Source: an uncultured Actinomycetes bacterium (lineage in GTDB: Bacteria > Actinomycetota > UBA4738 > HRBIN12). From it: a stretch of DNA of 64,000 bases. Positions 8,026-17,187 of this stretch are shown here, piece by piece. The notes beneath the pieces were generated by a model. That model saw only the letters and a list, made by a program, of their open reading frames with translations. It was not told the DNA's origin and did no database searches. The stretch is from NCBI GenBank assembly GCA_963771385.1, contig CAVYTE010000011.1, positions 8,573 through 72,572 of the forward strand. The letters are read 5' to 3'. A program made the position numbers and the translations under genes. Each line of letters opens with the position of its first letter. Positions within the stretch are counted from its first letter, which is position 1.

Positions 8026-10632
8026 TCAATGAGGCTGGAGGTCGAACGCCGTCATGAAGTTCAGGGCGGTCTGGACTTGGTCGGCGTTCAACTCGGCGGT
8101 CTTGGTCGATTTCGGCAGGTGCACCACGTATTCGATGCCGGGGACGAGGTGGAAGTAGTTGTCACTGAAGGTCGCGTCACAGCCGTCGAGTTCCACCGCG
8201 ACGGCGTATGCGAATGCCTCCGAGACGATCCCCAGTCGGAAGTTGTCACCCTCGTCGGTCACGGAAGCACGAACCTGTGGCGCTGAGAATACGTAGCTCT
8301 TCGGAGCGACGAAGAGGTGCACGCCGCGGCTGACGGTCGCTCCGCGATCAATGACCGAGTACGCGAGGTAGTGCTCGTTCTCACCGCCACGAATCTGATC
8401 GGTGAAGTCGGCGTCGACCGCGCACGCAACCGATTGCGCGGGAACGCTGACGCGCTTCTTGCCGGCGATGACAACACGGTTCGCAACGTCGTAGAGCGTC
8501 CATTCCACGTCGACGCTGGCCGTGTCGCGCCGGTCGTTGTTGACATGAATCGCGACCTTGTTGCCCTCGGCGAGGGCGGATGCCATGACCGGCGCAAACG
8601 CGCGCTTCAGGCTGTACTGCTGCGCCTTCCAGCGGCCGTAGTAGTCGACACCGGCCCAGGACACCGTGGGCCAGCAGTCGTTGAGCTGCCAGGCCAGGTA
8701 TCCCATGCAGTCACCGGTCTGACGCCGGAAGTGCTCGACGCAGGTGGCGGTGATGACGGCGTTGACGGCCTGGGTCGCATAGACGTAGGTCGCGAAGTCG
8801 GTCGGGAGGTGGAACTCCCGGTCGACGTAGGTCTCCAGGATCTGGTTGCCTTCATGGCTCTTCTGGTGTTGGAGCATCACCTCGCTGTACGGACTGCGGT
8901 CGTCGGCAACCGTGAATGCTTCGATGGTCTTGTAGTCGGGGTAGCTCTGAAAGCCGATCTCCGTCAGGAACCGGGCGTTGAGTTGACGGATCTCCTCGTA
9001 CGGGCGCCGGCCATCGACCGCCAGATAGTAGTGGGTGTCTCCATCGGCGGTCCCTCGCAGCATGTCGGACACTTTCACCTCCCCGCGGGTATCGCTGATG
9101 GGTGATCCCTCCACCCAGCTGGTCTGCGGGTCGAGAGCGGTGACGAGCGGGGTCATCACGTCGTAGAAGAGCGTGACGATATCGGATTTCAGTGCGGAGA
9201 CGTACTGCTCGGGCAGCACCTGCTGATCAGAACCGCCCAGCGCCTCAAGCGCTTCGCGCGCCTCGGGGTCGCTGAGGATGTTCAAGGTGAGTTCTACCTC
9301 GTTGTTCCCGCTCCACAAGGCGAGCGACGCGTGGTTGCGGGCCCGTTTGACATTGTCGGTGACCTCGGCACGCACGTTGTCGATGAAGGCATCGTCGACG
9401 GGATAGAACGCGGAAGCGAACATGAAGTCGTGGAACAGCAGTATCCCATGCTCGTCGCAGAGGTCGTAGAAGTAGTCGTCGGGGTAGACGGCGCCTCCCC
9501 AGATTCGGATGAAGTTGAAGTTCGCGTCAACGCTGTCGCGAACCATCTTCCGGGCGGATTCCTCTGACCGTCGGGCGAGGATGGCGTCGGGAATGATCAT
9601 GTTGGAGCCCTTCGCGAAGATGCGGGCCCCGTTCACCTCGAACACATAGCTGCGCCCGATGTTGTCCTTCTCCCGGACGAGTCGAACCTCCCTGAGGCCC
9701 ACCTTCACCAGCTTTTCGCCGAGGATCGAGTCGCCGTCAAGGAGCCGTGCCCGCACCCGGTACAGCGGCTGGTCGCCCTGACCGGCGGGCCACCACAGCT
9801 TCGGCCCGGGCACCGGCGCCGTGATCGTGTTGAGGTCACCGTCGGCGAATGCTTCGGTTCGCTCGAAAACGACATTCCCGTCAGGATCTTCAACGGTCAA
9901 CTCGATCTTCACGTCACCATGCGTTGCCAGTCTTTCGATCTCGGAGCGGACTTCGAGGACGACAGCGCCGTCTTTGTGGTGCTGCTGCACGTACAGGTCG
10001 GCCAATCGTGCGACATCGTGGCCTTCGATGTAGATGGGACGCCAGATCCCGGAGTCGGGCAGGCTCAGTCCCCAATCCCACCCGAAGCTGCAGGCGGCCT
10101 TTCGGATGTGCGTCAGTCCTCGCGATCCGGGGTTCTCGGCTTCTACCTTGTGCACGAATCGGACGGGAGACCCGAACGAGATTGTGATTTCGTTCTCGCC
10201 CAAGCGGAGCACGTCAAGAATCGGGACGCGGTACGTGCGGTGCATGTTGTCGGTCGTCGCAACGACTGTTCCGTTGACGGTCACCGTCGCGAGCGTGTCG
10301 AGCCCTTCGCAGCAGAGCGTGACCTCGTCCCTGTCGAGGAGTTGCTGGTCGACGGTGAACGTGCGCGTGTACTCGTAGTCCTTGTCAAAGATTGCTTGGA
10401 TGGCAGACTCTTCCGCGCGATAGTAGGCGTCCGGGACGAGACCTGCGGCCAAGAGGTCGGAATAGACCGTTCCGGGCACGTGCGCATCGACCCACGAATT
10501 GTCTTCGGTGCTGCGCATTCTCCATGGGCCGTTCAATTCCAGTCGCACGTGTTGTGATACAAGCCCGTCCGCAGCGCCCGTGACGATCCCCACCTTGCCC
10601 GCCAAGTCCTCCATTCGGCCATCGGATGCCAT
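8026..10632 (-). CDS. beta-mannosidase, glycoside hydrolase family 2
   Basis: 868 aa. N-terminal LELNGPWRMRS...WVDAHVPGTVYSDLLAAGLVPDAYY, then CCEGLDTLATVTVNG, FGWDWG and IRIWGGAVYPDDYFYDLCDEHGILLFHDFMFA, all typical of GH2 mannosidases. RBS AAGGAGGAG. G+C is visibly lower than in the flanks. Confidence 0.9.
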   Translation of the reverse strand: MASDGRMEDLAGKVGIVTGAADGLVSQHVRLELNGPWRMRSTEDNSWVDAHVPGTVYSDLLAAGLVPDAYYRAEESAIQAIFDKDYEYTRTFTVDQQLLDRDEVTLCCEGLDTLATVTVNGTVVATTDNMHRTYRVPILDVLRLGENEITISFGSPVRFVHKVEAENPGSRGLTHIRKAACSFGWDWGLSLPDSGIWRPIYIEGHDVARLADLYVQQHHKDGAVVLEVRSEIERLATHGDVKIELTVEDPDGNVVFERTEAFADGDLNTITAPVPGPKLWWPAGQGDQPLYRVRARLLDGDSILGEKLVKVGLREVRLVREKDNIGRSYVFEVNGARIFAKGSNMIIPDAILARRSEESARKMVRDSVDANFNFIRIWGGAVYPDDYFYDLCDEHGILLFHDFMFASAFYPVDDAFIDNVRAEVTDNVKRARNHASLALWSGNNEVELTLNILSDPEAREALEALGGSDQQVLPEQYVSALKSDIVTLFYDVMTPLVTALDPQTSWVEGSPISDTRGEVKVSDMLRGTADGDTHYYLAVDGRRPYEEIRQLNARFLTEIGFQSYPDYKTIEAFTVADDRSPYSEVMLQHQKSHEGNQILETYVDREFHLPTDFATYVYATQAVNAVITATCVEHFRRQTGDCMGYLAWQLNDCWPTVSWAGVDYYGRWKAQQYSLKRAFAPVMASALAEGNKVAIHVNNDRRDTASVDVEWTLYDVANRVVIAGKKRVSVPAQSVACAVDADFTDQIRGGENEHYLAYSVIDRGATVSRGVHLFVAPKSYVFSAPQVRASVTDEGDNFRLGIVSEAFAYAVAVELDGCDATFSDNYFHLVPGIEYVVHLPKSTKTAELNADQVQTALNFMTAFDLQPH

Positions 10633-10691
10633 GGTCTCCTCCTTGCGATCGACTGGTCACGCTCTCTTGCTGCTCGATGCTGCCAGTCAGA

Positions 10692-10734
10692 GGACGGCTA
10701 CGCATCGTGGGCTCCCCCAAAGTCACTCCGAAAG
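10692..10734 (-). promoter_or_regulatory. conserved upstream element, copy A (before beta-mannosidase)
   Basis: The minus strand reads CTTTCGGAGTGACTTTGGGGGAGCCCACGATGCGTAGCCGTCC. The 19-nt TGGGGGAGCCCACGATGCG is identical to 13820-13838. It lies 73 nt upstream of the mannosidase ATG. Confidence 0.45.
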
Positions 10735-10860
10735 GATCCGCCACATCACCAGGTCGGACTCGCGGAGGTCCGGTGAGGAACCGGCACGTGACCCACACCC
10801 AGGAAGTACAGCTCCGATCACACGTGTCGATCTGGCGCCCGGAGGACCTCGGACGAGAGG

Positions 10861-13741
10861 TTAAGCACCTGACGGTTCGCCGAGCGCCGCCGTCAGCTGC
10901 GAGCGGGAGCTGATCCCGAGCTTGCGGTAGCTGCTCGTGAGGTGGACCTCGACCGTCCTCGGGGTGACGAAGAGCGCCTGGGCGATCTCTCGGTTGGTGG
11001 GGCCTTCGGCCGCCAGCTGCGCGACGCGCCGCTCGCTCGGGGTGAGCGATTCGACGCCGGTGAGCGAGATCCGCCGGGGCCGCGCGCCCGTTGCGAGCAG
11101 CTCGGTCTCGGCGCGGGCGGCGAGCGGGACGGCGCCGCAGAGCGTCGCGAGCTCGAGCCCCCGCCGCAGCTGTTCGCGTGCCTCCGTGCGGCGGTTCGCT
11201 CGGCGAAGAGCCGCCCCCAGCTCGCTGCGCGCCTTCGCGTGCTCGAGCTTGGCGGGCGAGTCGGCAAGCACCTCGACCGCTTCCTCGAGCTGCGCGAGCC
11301 CTTCCTTGCCGCCCTCGATCAGGCCCGCCGCGCGCAGGGCCGCGCCGAGCGCCCGCGGCGCGCCCCAGGTCCGCGCGAGCTCGAGCTCTTCGGCCGCCAA
11401 CCGGCGGGCCTCGTCCTCCTCGCCGAGCTGCAGGAGAGCGAGCGCCGCCTGCGATCGCCAGGCCAAGAGAGCCGGATTGCGGCCTCCGACGGACTCGAAA
11501 CGACGACCGGCCGCGAGCAGCTCCGCGACGCCGCCGGCCAGGTCGCCGCGCAGCAGGCGAAGGCGCGCGCGCCTTTCGGAGAGATGAATGGCGATGGCGC
11601 GTGTCGGGGAGGGATTCGACGCGGGCCAGCGCTGCCGCGGCCTCCTCGAGCTTGCCCTGCTCCATCAGGGCGTCGGCGAGGAAGGGAGCCAGGAACGCCG
11701 CGAGGAGACGAGTCCCCCACGTCTCGGTTGCGGCGAACGCCTCGCGGCAATCGGCTTCCGCCTCGGCCAGCTCGCCTCGCCACAGGAAGGCTTGCGCGCG
11801 AAAGTTCTTGGCCACGGCGAAGGTGTGGATCGAACCGCGCCGGTGGGCCTCGGCGAGTGCGTCGTCGTAGGCGACCACGGCTTCGTCGAGGTCCGCCCAC
11901 GCGAGCACGGCGGCGGCGAGGAGAAAGGTCGCGCGCCGGTGCCTCCCTGATCAGCGTTCCTTCAGCTAGTGCACGACGGGCGAAGGGGACGACCAGGCCG
12001 GCCGGCGCGCCTGCCCGCGCGTCGTGGTAGGCGAGCAGCGCGAGCAGCGTCTTCTCGCCGAGGGTCGTTTCCCCCGGTCGGTTGCGGATACGCTCCAGCC
12101 GCTCGACGGCCTCGTGGTAGAGCGACGGCTCGGTGATGGCGTTCATGATGAGCACAGCCTCGAGCATGCGTTCGAGCTCGGGGGCGGCGCCGGCGAGCTC
12201 GCCCAGCGCTTGCGTGAAGACGGCGACCGACTCGTCGCCGCGCCAGAAGACGAGCTGGTGGCCGAGCAGGAGCGCGGCCTTGGCTCTGGCGACGGGGTCG
12301 CCGAGCAGCCCGTGCGCCTCCCGCAGGTGGTCGACCGCGGCGTCGCCGCTGACGAGACCCTCGACGGAGCCGAGCTCGAGCAGCAGGTCGGCGCGCTCGG
12401 CGGCCGGGGGTGGCTCGGCGAGCGCGCGGCGAAGGTAGGCGACGGCGCTCTCCGCGGCACCGCGCGCGCCCGCCCGGCGTCCGGCCTCGCGGAGCACCGC
12501 GACGACCCACGGATCGCCGGAGCGGGGTGCGAGCAGCAGGTGCGCCGCCACCCGTTCGGGCTCTGCCCCGGCGGCCTCGAGCAGCCGGGCCGCCCGTGCG
12601 TGTCCGCTGTCGCGCTCGGCGGGGGTCAGCGCCTCGTAGACGGCCGCCCGGATCAGCGGATGCACGAACCCCAGCGGCGGCTGCGGGCGCAGGACGTCGA
12701 CCCGGGCGAGCGCGAGCGCCGCCTCGGAGGCGGCCTGCTCCTGCAGGTCGGCGAGCACGGCCGCCTGATCGCGGGATCGGCGTCTTCGCCAAGGACCGCC
12801 ACCGCCTGGGCGAGCCGCGTCGCCTCCGGCGGGAGGCGGGAAAGGCGCATCGAGGCGATGCGCGACCCGGCCTTCGCCTCGAGCGAGCGAAGCTGCGACA
12901 CGTTCTCCTTGGTGGGGGCCAGGTCCTCGGCCACGATCGCGTGCACGAGCTCGCGCAGGAGCAGCGGATTGCCGCCGGTCTCCTGGTGGCAGGCGGCGCA
13001 GAAGGCGTCGTCGGCATCGGGCAACGTCTCGCGCAGCAGGCGGGCGGCGGCCTCGGGGCTGAGGGGAGCGGGCTGCACGATCGTGGCGAGCGGGTCGGAG
13101 AGCAGCTGGCCCACGAGGCTCGGGTCGGCTCCCGGCTCCTCGGGCCGGAGACCGACGACCACCCAGGCGTCCAGCCCCTCCATCCGCGGCAGGAGGTAGG
13201 CGAGCCACCGAAGCGACAGCAGGTCGCACCAGTGCAGGTCGTCGATCGCGAGCAGGAGGCGCGCGCGGGCGGCGACGTTGGCCGTCAGCCAGTACAGGCC
13301 GTGCAGCGTCGCCAACGACGAGTCGGCGGCAGGGGAGGCCGCGAGCTCGGCGGGATCGAACAGCGGCGCCGCGAGCCCCGCCGCGTCGCCGAGCAGCTCG
13401 GCTCGTTCCTGTTCGGGCAGGGACGCGAGGAACGGCTCGAAGAGCTGGCGGACCACGCCGTAAGAGAAGGTGTGCTCGAGCTCGCTGCCGCGTGCTCCGA
13501 GGACCTGCATCCCGGCCGCCTGGCCCGATGACTTCGCCTGCGCGATCAGCGCGGTCTTGCCGATCCCGGGTGGTCCCTCGAGGGCGAGGAGATGACCGCC
13601 GGCCTGGGTCGCGTCGCTCAGGGCCTCGAGCGCCGCCAGCTCGGCGTCGCGCTCGAGCAGGTGCGAGCGAGCCGAGAACGGCTGCTGAGGCACCAGCGTG
13701 CTCGCCTCCTCCTTGGGGGGCCTATATGGGAACAGCCCCAC
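10861..13741 (-). pseudogene. large ATP-binding LuxR-family (LAL/MalT-like) regulator with three frameshifts
   Basis: The N-terminal P-loop (LEGPPGIGKTAL, ORF 12653..13741), the TPR-like middle (ORFs 11319..13229 and 10385..11908) and the C-terminal LuxR HTH (LTPSERRVAQLAAEGPTNREIAQALFVTPRTVEVHLTSSYRKLG, ORF 10861..11466) lie in different frames. The joins are near 12775, 11940 and 11603. Confidence 0.85.
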
Positions 13742-13805
13742 CGGGACTCTACGCCCGTGCCCTTAAGGCCGCCCGCGCGCTCCAGGGTGTGGGACCAGCC
13801 AAACA

Positions 13806-13848
13806 CTACGGAGTCGCTCTGGGGGAGCCCACGATGCGGAACCGTTCC
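13806..13848 (+). promoter_or_regulatory. conserved upstream element, copy B (before the oxidase 5' fragment)
   Basis: CTACGGAGTCGCTCTGGGGGAGCCCACGATGCGGAACCGTTCC. It is inverted relative to copy A. Confidence 0.45.
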
Positions 13849-13951
13849 GGTGACCCTCATCATGCCCGTATGGACGGCGAACCCGCGGCTTCAACTGTGC
13901 ACGCGCTGATCGGGCCTTCCTCCCAGGCCGAGTGCCAGCGGTAGGCGAGCC

Positions 13952-14090
13952 TTGACACGCTTTCCGCCCTCTCCGCTCAGGCCGTTCGTGGATGCGCTCC
14001 CGGTCGCACCGCGTTACGAGGTCAACGAGCCCACTCGCCTGACGATCCCGATCGAGACGACGACACACCGCTTCCATCGGGATCTCGCAG
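13952..14090 (+). pseudogene. 5' fragment (about 45 codons) of a CotA-type multicopper oxidase
   Basis: LRPFVDALPVAPRYEVNEPTRLTIPIETTTHRFHRDLAAPV matches the CotA N-terminus (LEKFVDALPIP....YYEVTMEECTHQLHRDLPPT). Similarity stops before the expected WGYNG. Confidence 0.7.
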
Positions 14091-15734
14091 CGCCCGTGAC
14101 CGGGCCCGAACGCCCCGACGCTCGGCTCCCGAACGCTGGAGCGCGCCGCCGGCCTTCGGGCGAGCCACCCCCCCTCCCTCGAGAGCCGGGGTGGCGCGCG
14201 TGGGGGTGGGCGACGCTCGGGCTGGTCGCCGCCGGCGTCGCGATCCATCAAGCGATCGTCGACTCGGACGCGCAGTCCCCGATCCTGCGGTGGTTCCAGG
14301 ACCTGCGGACGCCCGCGCTCGTCGACCTCGCTAAGGTCTTCGATGCCCTGTGTGACCCGCTCGTGATCTGGATCGTCCGCTTCGTCGTCCTCGTCATCGC
14401 CGCGCTCACCAAGCGGTGGCGACACCTGGTCACGATCCTCGCCCTGTACGTCGTGGTCGACTTCCTGGACACGATCCTGGCCGCCCAGCGCCCCGAGCCG
14501 GAGGGGGTGAGCGTCCTCTCGACCAACGCCACGACGATCTTTCCGTCGTTCCCCGTGGCCGCCCTGTCCGTGACCCTGTTCGGAGCGGTGATGGTGCTGG
14601 CACCCTCCGGACGACCTCGCAGGCTCGCCCGGGCGGGCGTCTTCGCGATCTTGGGGCTCGTCGTGCTCGCCCGACTGCTCCTGGGAGCGGACCACCCGGT
14701 GGACGCGGTGTATTCGCTCCTGCTCGGCTGGATCACCGTCGGGTTCGCGTTCGCCTTCTTCGTCCCGGAGGACGTCTTCCCCGTCTCGTACGCGCGAGGC
14801 GGGAAGATCGGCGCACCTGGACCTCGGCGGGGCGCGGGGCGAGGCGATCATCGCGGCGGTCCGCGACCAGCTCGGCTTCACGGTGACCGAGATCGAGCCG
14901 TTCGGGCTCGCCGGCTCGGGGGGCTCGAGCCCGCTCCGGATGCGCGTCGCCGAGATCGACGGGCACCTGTTCGGGAAGATCTACTCGACCAGTCACCTGC
15001 GGGCCGATCGTTGGTACAAGGTCGGTCGCACGATCCTGTACGGGCAGCTCGAGGACGAGGTCCCGCTCGGCTCGGTGCGACGTCTCGCGCTCTACGAGGA
15101 CTACGCGCTGCGGCTGCTGCGCGACGTCGGGATCGGCGTCGCGACCACGTACGGCATCGTGGAGCTCACGCCCGACCGCGAGTACATGCTGGTGACCGAG
15201 TTCTTCTCGAAGGCGACGACGCTCGGCGACGCCGAGGTCGACGACGCGATCGTCGACGAGGGGATGGACCTCGTGCAGCGGCTGTGGGCATCGGGTCTGG
15301 CCCATCGCGACCTGAAGCCCGCGAACATGCTCGTCCGCGGCGGCCACCTGCAGCTCGTCGACGTGTCGGGGCTCCAGGTACGTCCGACCCCGTGGCGCCA
15401 GGCCGTCGACCTGGCGAACATGATGTTGACCCTGGCCCTGAGGAGCGACCCCGATCGCGTGTACGGACGCGCGACGGCGGTCTTCTCCCCCGACGACGTC
15501 GCCGAGGCGTTCGCGGCCGCCCGCGGTCTCGCCATCCCGACCCAGGTGACCGAGAAGCTGAAGGAAGACGGCAGGCCGATCTCGGAGCGGTTCCGCGAGC
15601 TCGCGCCCGATCGTCCTCCGGTCTCGATCCAGGTGTGGAGCGTGCGTCGCGTCGCGCTCACTGCCGGCGCACTCGTCGGCGCGCTCGCGCTGGCGGCGAT
15701 GGTATGGGCGACCCTCGCGATCGGTCTGGACTAA
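14091..15734 (+). pseudogene. PAP2-like membrane domain fused to a lipid/LPS-kinase-like (RIO/Kdo-type) domain; 5' end replaced, one frameshift
   Basis: Frame-2 membrane part with PAP2-like motifs (AAQRPEPEG, IFPSFPVAAL, GADHPVDAV) up to FPVSYARGGK. It continues in frame 0 as AHLDLGGARGEAIIAAVRDQLGFTVTEIEPFGL...LAHRDLKPANMLV...VDVSG (ORF 14883..15734). The join is near 14808. Confidence 0.75.
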
Positions 15735-15735
15735 C

Positions 15736-16061
15736 CGGGTCTCGGACCTCAACGAGCTCGCGGATGCGATCCGTCGCGTCGGCGAGGGGCGGATCGGTGC
15801 TCGATCCGGTGGTCGTGTTCCATGTTGGTGAGCCGGCCCCGCCGTGGGGACGACTCGCTTGCCGAACTGAGCGAGCGCGAGCGAGAGGTGCTCGCGCTCA
15901 TGGCCGAGGGGCGCAGTAACCAAGCGATCGCCGAGCGACTGTTCATCACGGAGCGGACAGTCGAGAAGCACGTGAAAGGGATCCTCGCGAAGCTGGGGTT
16001 GGCCGAGAGCCCCGAGGATCACCGTCGAGTCCTGGCGGTGCTCGCGTACCTGCGGACGTAG
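15736..16061 (+). pseudogene. C-terminal remnant of a NarL/LuxR-type response regulator (no receiver domain, two frameshifts)
   Basis: VSDLNELADAIRRVGEG (frame 1), GSVLDPVVV (frame 2) and LVSRPRRGDDSLAELSEREREVLALMAEGRSNQAIAERLFITERTVEKHVKGILAKLG (frame 0). It starts 2 nt after the kinase stop. Confidence 0.7.
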
Positions 16062-16068
16062 CCGAGAC

Positions 16069-16878
16069 GTGAGAGCGTTCGCGGAGGGCGTCCTCGCCGG
16101 CCTGGGGATCGCCGTGCCGGTGGGCGCCATCGCGGTGCTTATCGTCGACCTCGGGATGCGGCGCGGTTTCGTTCGCGCCGTTCCTGCCGCGATGGGCGCC
16201 GCGAGCGCCGACTTCGCCTACGCGACGGTCGCCGCCATCGCCGGGGTCGCTGTTGCATCTGCGATCGGTGCCTACGAACGCGGCATCGAACTGGTGAGCG
16301 CCGCGGTGCTCGTGGCGATCGTCGGGTTCCGCCTGTTCGTCCTGTTCCGCCGGCCCGAGGGCCACGTCAAGGAGCGGGCTCCCGAGCGCCCCCTCCGGAC
16401 GTTCGCTGGCTTCCTCGCGCTCACGCTCGTGAACCCCCTGACGGTTGCCTACTTCGCGGTGCTGATCGTCGGGCTGGGCGACGAGACTCTAGAGTCCGGG
16501 TGGGACAAGGCCCTCTTCGTGACCGGGGCGTTCGTCGCAAGCGCGTCGTGGCAGCTCCTCCTCGCCGGCGCGGGGGCGATGCTCCATAGGCGGCTCTCGG
16601 ATCGAGCGCGCGTCACGACGGCGCTTCTAGGGAACGCGTTGATCGCGGCGCTCGCGGTCCGGCTGGCGTCCGGGGTGTGGGGGCCTGCTACGTCACGTCA
16701 GATCGATCGATACGTCGAGCCGGAACGCCGTCGGGCACTCGACCTCCGGCTAGACTCGCGGGACCTCGGACAACCCTCCGGGGCAGGACATGGACGACTC
16801 GTCCCGCCATTCAGTTGTCGTCATCGTCCGGATCGGCTGACCCGAGTTGCTGGCCGGCAAGATTCTGGAATCGGGTAA
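16069..16878 (+). CDS. LysE family amino-acid exporter (with an unusually long C-terminal tail)
   Basis: The first ~205 aa form six hydrophobic segments with the LysE-type pattern (GLGIAVPVGAIAVL, FLALTLVNPLTVAYF). The last ~60 aa are hydrophilic and may reflect a lost stop. Confidence 0.75.
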   Translation: MRAFAEGVLAGLGIAVPVGAIAVLIVDLGMRRGFVRAVPAAMGAASADFAYATVAAIAGVAVASAIGAYERGIELVSAAVLVAIVGFRLFVLFRRPEGHVKERAPERPLRTFAGFLALTLVNPLTVAYFAVLIVGLGDETLESGWDKALFVTGAFVASASWQLLLAGAGAMLHRRLSDRARVTTALLGNALIAALAVRLASGVWGPATSRQIDRYVEPERRRALDLRLDSRDLGQPSGAGHGRLVPPFSCRHRPDRLTRVAGRQDSGIG

Positions 16879-16980
16879 TCGAACGCTTGGTGCGTAGACC
16901 GACGCAAGGGTGGTTGTAGCCCTCCGCAAGGCCGTGATCCCGTATCTATCCCGCATGACATCGAAAATCGAGGGGTAGCG

Positions 16981-17106
16981 ACGGGAATCGACCGGAAACT
17001 GAATCCTCAGGTCAGCGCACCTTCTCCGCCTCCGCCGCAGGTCATAGACTCGGCCCGGACCACACTCTCAAGGTGGAGACACGGGTTCGAACCCCGTTGG
17101 GACTAC
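16981..17106 (+). repeat. tRNA-3'-end-like repeat, copy 1 (identical 45-nt core 17062-17106)
   Basis: The core ACACTCTCAAGGTGGAGAC-ACGGG-TTCGAAC-CCCGT-TGGGACT-AC has a perfect T-stem/T-loop and a 7-nt acceptor-like strand. The ~80 nt upstream are about 75% similar to copy 2. No complementary 5' acceptor strand lies upstream. Confidence 0.7.
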
Positions 17107-17187
17107 AAGCAAAGGCCCAGGTCAGACCCTGTGGGGCACAGAAACCCGATTCGCGCGCCGACTGGCGATTCCGTACCATCCCCCGCC

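Noticed and set aside
3470-13946. The conserved ATG of the upstream elements as the start of a leader peptide (MRIRS.., MPSRP.., MRSRP.., MRNRS..).
   Set aside because: I did not adopt this. The peptides share only about 4 codons, differ greatly in length (36 aa up to read-through into the downstream gene out of frame) and have no common stop context. Conservation also extends 25-60 nt upstream of the ATG, which points to a nucleic-acid-level element. Ribosome profiling could revive the idea.
2421-14090. A single clean inversion of 2421-14090 as the explanation for the split oxidase.
   Set aside because: Un-inverting would join the oxidase pieces, but about 55 codons would still be missing. 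It would also require the SDR N-terminus on the minus strand just right of 14090, and that region instead encodes the PAP2 membrane domain on the plus strand. More than one event is needed.
17041-17106. A complete small tRNA, with acceptor GGTCATA pairing to TGGGACT.
   Set aside because: Only 66 nt are available. There is an A-G mismatch in the acceptor stem, about 10 nt for a D-arm and a 3-bp anticodon stem with C at position 33. The corresponding bases are not conserved in copy 2, so it is not a plausible bacterial tRNA.
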